A stretch of 64,000 nucleotides of DNA, from assembly GCA_965262615.1 (NCBI GenBank), contig OZ253545.1, positions 640,001 to 704,000 on the forward strand. Reading direction: 5' to 3'. Position 1 is the stretch's first letter. Every line of letters begins with the position of its first letter. Source of the stretch: Alphaproteobacteria bacterium (lineage in GTDB: Bacteria > Pseudomonadota > Alphaproteobacteria > GM7ARS4 > G965262615). Positions 59,873 to 64,000 of this stretch are shown here, in pieces. A model generated the notes under the pieces. It was not told where the DNA came from. It made no database searches and was given only the letters and a program-made list of their open reading frames with translations. The position numbers and the translations under genes are program-made.

Positions 59873-62800
59873 ATGATGATGCGAGTTCGGTTATTATGTG
59901 TATGCACCATTATGTTGGCGGCGTGTGGCGGCGGTGGCGGTGATGACGGCGGTGGTGGCCCTGTGGGTTTGCCGCCATTGTCGGCTTCCGGTGACTGTGC
60001 CAGTGGCAGTTGCTCCATTGCGGTGCAAGGACGCACCGATGGCGGAATCACCACCGCCTCCCTTTTTGAGCAGGCTAACATTGATGGAGTGAATGGCAAT
60101 GTGACATTCGGTGTTGGCGCGGTGGATATCAATCAAGGCGGCAATGGGCATGGCGTCTTTATTGATGGCACGGCACTCAGCACCCCCATTGGGGGATCGC
60201 TCACTTGGCACAACAACGCATCATCGGCAAATAGTCGTATTTATGTGAGTGGAACAAGAGCATCATCGTCACCGATTCACGCGGATGCCACGCTGTTTAA
60301 TAATGATATCACGCTGTTTAATAATCAAATCACGGCGGCGGCTTTGTATTTGAAGTCTGCCAATTCAATCACCATTACCAATCGGTCGGATTTAATTTTC
60401 ACGCCGCGCGATGGCAGTCGTTTTAACGATGGATTGGTGGGCATCGTGGCGGACACCAATGCGGATTCTTCCATTACGATTTATAATCATGCCCGTGTGG
60501 GATTTGCCAGCGATGCTCCCTCTGCGCGCGGGAACAATCATAAGGGCATTTTCGTCAATAGTTCTAGCAATCAACAAAGCACCGTCCTTTTGATACTGCA
60601 ATCATCATCGGTGATTGATACCAGAGGCGGAGCATCCTCTCACGCCATCTTTATTGATAATTTGACAGGCTCGGCGACCATCAGCAATAACGGCGTGATT
60701 CATGCCTCTGGTGATTTGGTTCATTATAACAATGCAACACCAAGCACCAATATCTCTTTTTTTCATAGCAATGCCAATGAGACATCATCGGGGGGGTGGA
60801 AGTCGGGCGGCGGCAATGACACAATTCGCATTGGCGATAACAACAATCCCCCCAGTGCCAGTGGTTCGCTTCGTGTGACGGGGTCATCATGGGGCGCGGG
60901 CAACGATGTCATCACCAATTACGCCAATGGCACACTCACTTTGGGAGGGTCTCATGATTTTGGTGCGGGCACTGATGCCATTCGCAATTATGGCACGCTT
61001 ATTTTGGGCGATGGCGCGAGCGCATCAAACACTGTTCGTTTTTCTGGGCTGGAGCGGTTTGATCTTCATGAGAACAGCATCACGCGTCTTTATCTGACGG
61101 CTGGCAATAATAATGTCTTGCAAACTCTTGTCTCGGACATTCCACTGCGGTTGCAGTTTGTTGAAAACAGACCGCCTGTTCTTGAGATTCATCTGCCATC
61201 CAATTACAGCAGCACATCACAAGGATTGTTTGACCTGTGGGACATCACCAGTTTGCGAGATAACGATGGCGATGCCTTTTCTGTCAGCCAAGCGGAGACC
61301 AGTCTGACGCGCATGGCGACAGTCGCGCGAATTTTCAGTGGCGGCACTCGGCAATCATGGCTGGTGTCGTTCATCAAAAAAGCGGGCAATGATGATATTA
61401 TTCAGGCAATGTGGGGAGCGCGTCCGAGTGCGGCTTCTTTGAGTTGCAGCTCAACGGCAGCGGGAACGGTGAGAACGGTGAGTTGTCGTGATGGCTCATC
61501 GGCGACTCTTGCCAATGGCATTGATATGGGACAAGAGTTTTTATCGGTAGGCGGTGACCTTGCCGATGGTGCATACACTGGAGCAATCAACTGGACTTTT
61601 CAATCGCTGGACAGTGATGTCAACAGCACAGGAACAAGCCATGGAATCACGATGGACGGAAAGACTTTTGGTTCTTTAATTCTCGGCAACATGACAATAA
61701 CCCATCAGGATGAGACGAATACGCGCACGGTTTTTGTGCGCGGCGATGGCAGTGTCTCACAAGGCATGGATGCCGCCGCGTTGTTTGTTCGCAGTGGCAA
61801 CGCCTTGACTATCACCAATGGCGCGCCGCTTGTTTTTGACCATGATGACAGTGACAGTTTTGAAAATGCTCTGACAGGTATTTATGGTGAAGGATCGGGC
61901 GTTCTCACCCTGACTCATAAGGGACACATTGGCTTTGCCAAGAACGAAACCATTGCCGTTGCCAGCAGAGGCAATCAGCACAGAGGCATTGTGCTTAAAC
62001 AAAATGGCTCGGGGGCGATGACCGTCACCAATGAAGGCACGATTGATGTGGAGGCGGGGTCGTCATCCCATGCCATTGTGCTGGATGTTGGCAATTCCAC
62101 AGGGGATGTGACCGTTACCAATGAGGGCGGCATCAAGGCGGGGGGCGATGTGTTGCGTGTGACGGGAAGTGGCGCGGCGGATGTCTCGTTTTCCCATGAC
62201 AGCAGCACGGCTCTGACGGGGAGCTTCACCTTGGGGGCGGGCGATGACACCGTCACCAACAAGGCAAATCGCGTCATGACCATCACCGCCATCAATGGGG
62301 GCGGCGGCACTGATATTATTGATAATTACGGGACATTGAGTCTGGGGAGTCAATCCCAAAAAACCGCCGCCGTCACCATGAGCTCGGTGGATGAATTGAG
62401 GCTACGCAGTGACAGTGTCATGCGTTTGTATCTGACCAGCAGTGGCTCTAATTTGCAAAAGATTGATACCGCCAGCGCGCTCACTCTGTATGGCGATACC
62501 CTCAAAGCGGTGTATTTGGAGCTGCATCTGCCAAGCGGTTTTACCGTGAGTCAAACGCAAAGTTCTTTTGATTTGTGGGATGTGACGGAGCTCAAGGGCA
62601 TCATTGGCGGCACTGCCAGTGCGAGCAATCTCAATACCATTTTATCCTATCTCACGGGGCGAGCGTCATTGCGGGATTCCAGTGGCGCGGATTTGGACAA
62701 CCGCCTGTTGTTTTTCGCCAAAAAAGCGGGAGCCGATGACATCATCACGCTGTCATGGATTCCAAAACCCGGTTCTGCTCCATTTAACTGCCAGCAGGAT

Positions 62801-64000
62801 TTGTCTCAAATTAATTGCAGATATACGCAGCTTTTCGCTGGCTTGGGCAATGGCATTAAGCTGCCCGAACTTTTTGCCAGAGTTGACCAATTGGATAGCG
62901 ATAGTGTGATTGGTTTCACTCGCTCCTTCACGGGCAATCTGACGGTGAATCTCTCGGACATTAGAACCCATATCAATAGTTCAGGAACGGGTCATGGCAT
63001 TGAGCTGGATGGCACGGTGCTGGGCTCGCGAGTGACGGGAGGTCTGACCCTTAATCGTCTGAACACAGAAACGGGAGTCCAAGTAGAAGTGCGCGGCACA
63101 AACAAAGCCGCGATTTATGTGAAGTCGCGCACATCCGCCACAGTCAATAATGTCACCCATCTGCGATTTGCTGGCTCAAATAGTGGCTTGCGCGGCATTG
63201 AAGCCATCTCAAACGGCACAGGCAATGTAAGCGTTACTAATTCTGCTGCCATCGGTTTTGCAACTAATTGTTCGTCCAATTGCGGCACGGGTCATCGGGG
63301 GATTTTGGCAAATCACGGCGGGTCTGGCACGGTGAGCATCACAAATTCTGGAACAATTAATCTCACTGGTTCTGGCACGGCGGCACACGGTATCCGTGTG
63401 GAAGCTGGAACGGCAACGGGAGCTGTGACGGTTGCCAACACGGGAACAATCAATGTTTCGGGCGCGGCGGTGTCTCTCACGGGTGGTGCGTCCAATGACA
63501 CCGCAACAATCCGTTTCAATACAGGCTCGCAAGTGACGGCACATGAGCTTCTCAATTCCTCTTTTGCGGGGACAACCACCATGACCATGGCTGGCGGCAC
63601 GGCAACGGGACGCATAACGGCGGGCGGTGGCAGTGAGCGCATTATTGTCAACGGCGGCACGCTCACCCTCGCCAACGGCACATCCAATTTTGGGAGTGGC
63701 ACGGATAGCCTCACGGTGAATAACAATTCCACGCTCATCTTTGGGGATGCCACCAATGGCTCGGACGGCGTGAGCATCACGGGGCTGGAGACATTGACCG
63801 TCAATGCGGGCGGCGCACTGCGCTTTTATTTGGATTCCACCTTCAATGCCACCAGTGGCGCGAGTTCTCACAAGGTGGATATTTCAGGCACGGTGGCATT
63901 GAATGGCACGGGAGACAATGCGTCCAAGATTGAGATTGTTGTGCCGTCTGGTTACATCATCGGCAATCGCGCCGCCTTCACCCTCATTGATGCCACCACT
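59873..64000 (+). CDS. Giant surface lipoprotein / autotransporter-like adhesin with ~448-aa tandem modules (3'-truncated; not in ORF track)
   Basis: MMMRVRLLCVCTIMLAAC-GGGGG lipobox. The frame reads sensibly at both ends and its absence from the track implies no stop before the edge (>=1376 aa). G/N/T/S-rich beta-helix-like sequence with recurring HGI.DG, NYGTL.LG, RLYL, LE.HLPS, FDLWD and KKAG.DDII. Confidence 0.85.
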   Translation, partial: MMMRVRLLCVCTIMLAACGGGGGDDGGGGPVGLPPLSASGDCASGSCSIAVQGRTDGGITTASLFEQANIDGVNGNVTFGVGAVDINQGGNGHGVFIDGTALSTPIGGSLTWHNNASSANSRIYVSGTRASSSPIHADATLFNNDITLFNNQITAAALYLKSANSITITNRSDLIFTPRDGSRFNDGLVGIVADTNADSSITIYNHARVGFASDAPSARGNNHKGIFVNSSSNQQSTVLLILQSSSVIDTRGGASSHAIFIDNLTGSATISNNGVIHASGDLVHYNNATPSTNISFFHSNANETSSGGWKSGGGNDTIRIGDNNNPPSASGSLRVTGSSWGAGNDVITNYANGTLTLGGSHDFGAGTDAIRNYGTLILGDGASASNTVRFSGLERFDLHENSITRLYLTAGNNNVLQTLVSDIPLRLQFVENRPPVLEIHLPSNYSSTSQGLFDLWDITSLRDNDGDAFSVSQAETSLTRMATVARIFSGGTRQSWLVSFIKKAGNDDIIQAMWGARPSAASLSCSSTAAGTVRTVSCRDGSSATLANGIDMGQEFLSVGGDLADGAYTGAINWTFQSLDSDVNSTGTSHGITMDGKTFGSLILGNMTITHQDETNTRTVFVRGDGSVSQGMDAAALFVRSGNALTITNGAPLVFDHDDSDSFENALTGIYGEGSGVLTLTHKGHIGFAKNETIAVASRGNQHRGIVLKQNGSGAMTVTNEGTIDVEAGSSSHAIVLDVGNSTGDVTVTNEGGIKAGGDVLRVTGSGAADVSFSHDSSTALTGSFTLGAGDDTVTNKANRVMTITAINGGGGTDIIDNYGTLSLGSQSQKTAAVTMSSVDELRLRSDSVMRLYLTSSGSNLQKIDTASALTLYGDTLKAVYLELHLPSGFTVSQTQSSFDLWDVTELKGIIGGTASASNLNTILSYLTGRASLRDSSGADLDNRLLFFAKKAGADDIITLSWIPKPGSAPFNCQQDLSQINCRYTQLFAGLGNGIKLPELFARVDQLDSDSVIGFTRSFTGNLTVNLSDIRTHINSSGTGHGIELDGTVLGSRVTGGLTLNRLNTETGVQVEVRGTNKAAIYVKSRTSATVNNVTHLRFAGSNSGLRGIEAISNGTGNVSVTNSAAIGFATNCSSNCGTGHRGILANHGGSGTVSITNSGTINLTGSGTAAHGIRVEAGTATGAVTVANTGTINVSGAAVSLTGGASNDTATIRFNTGSQVTAHELLNSSFAGTTTMTMAGGTATGRITAGGGSERIIVNGGTLTLANGTSNFGSGTDSLTVNNNSTLIFGDATNGSDGVSITGLETLTVNAGGALRFYLDSTFNATSGASSHKVDISGTVALNGTGDNASKIEIVVPSGYIIGNRAAFTLIDATT

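Overview
Alphaproteobacterial chromosome segment, probably from a host-associated or symbiotic lineage. The assignment rests on the rRNA genes, the 41-aa Zn-free L36 and gene blocks such as aroQ-accB-accC-aat and NDUFA12-mlaD. The left end (1-7.5 kb) holds the end of a Ysc-family type III secretion cluster (possible needle tip, SctW, SycN, YscX, YscY, SctV), a porin, and a HrpL/BtrS-like ECF sigma factor translationally coupled to a STAS protein. The middle (7.5-37.7 kb) is housekeeping: cobW-cobN-cobO, pyk, rpmJ, map, a double-domain radC, sfsA, gap, thiE, epmA/epmB, ccmA-I, mlaD x2, aat, accCB, aroQ, efp, suhB, cbiX and cobD, with one AT-rich McrB-N-like/HNH nuclease inserted. The right part has four tandem beta-barrel OMP genes, then an rRNA locus in canonical order (16S, tRNA-Ile, tRNA-Ala, 23S, 5S) stretched over about 13.7 kb because every spacer carries protein genes. 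There are 15 such genes, nearly all membrane or surface proteins: TraT and Bor lipoproteins, three tandem holin-like peptides, three repeat-variable coiled-coil membrane proteins and two more OMPs. The window ends with TerC, DUF4396 and HupE genes, two membrane glycosyltransferases, and a giant repeat lipoprotein that runs off the edge. Several promoters have a geometry that predicts leaderless mRNAs. All family calls are from motif recognition by eye; no database searches were run.
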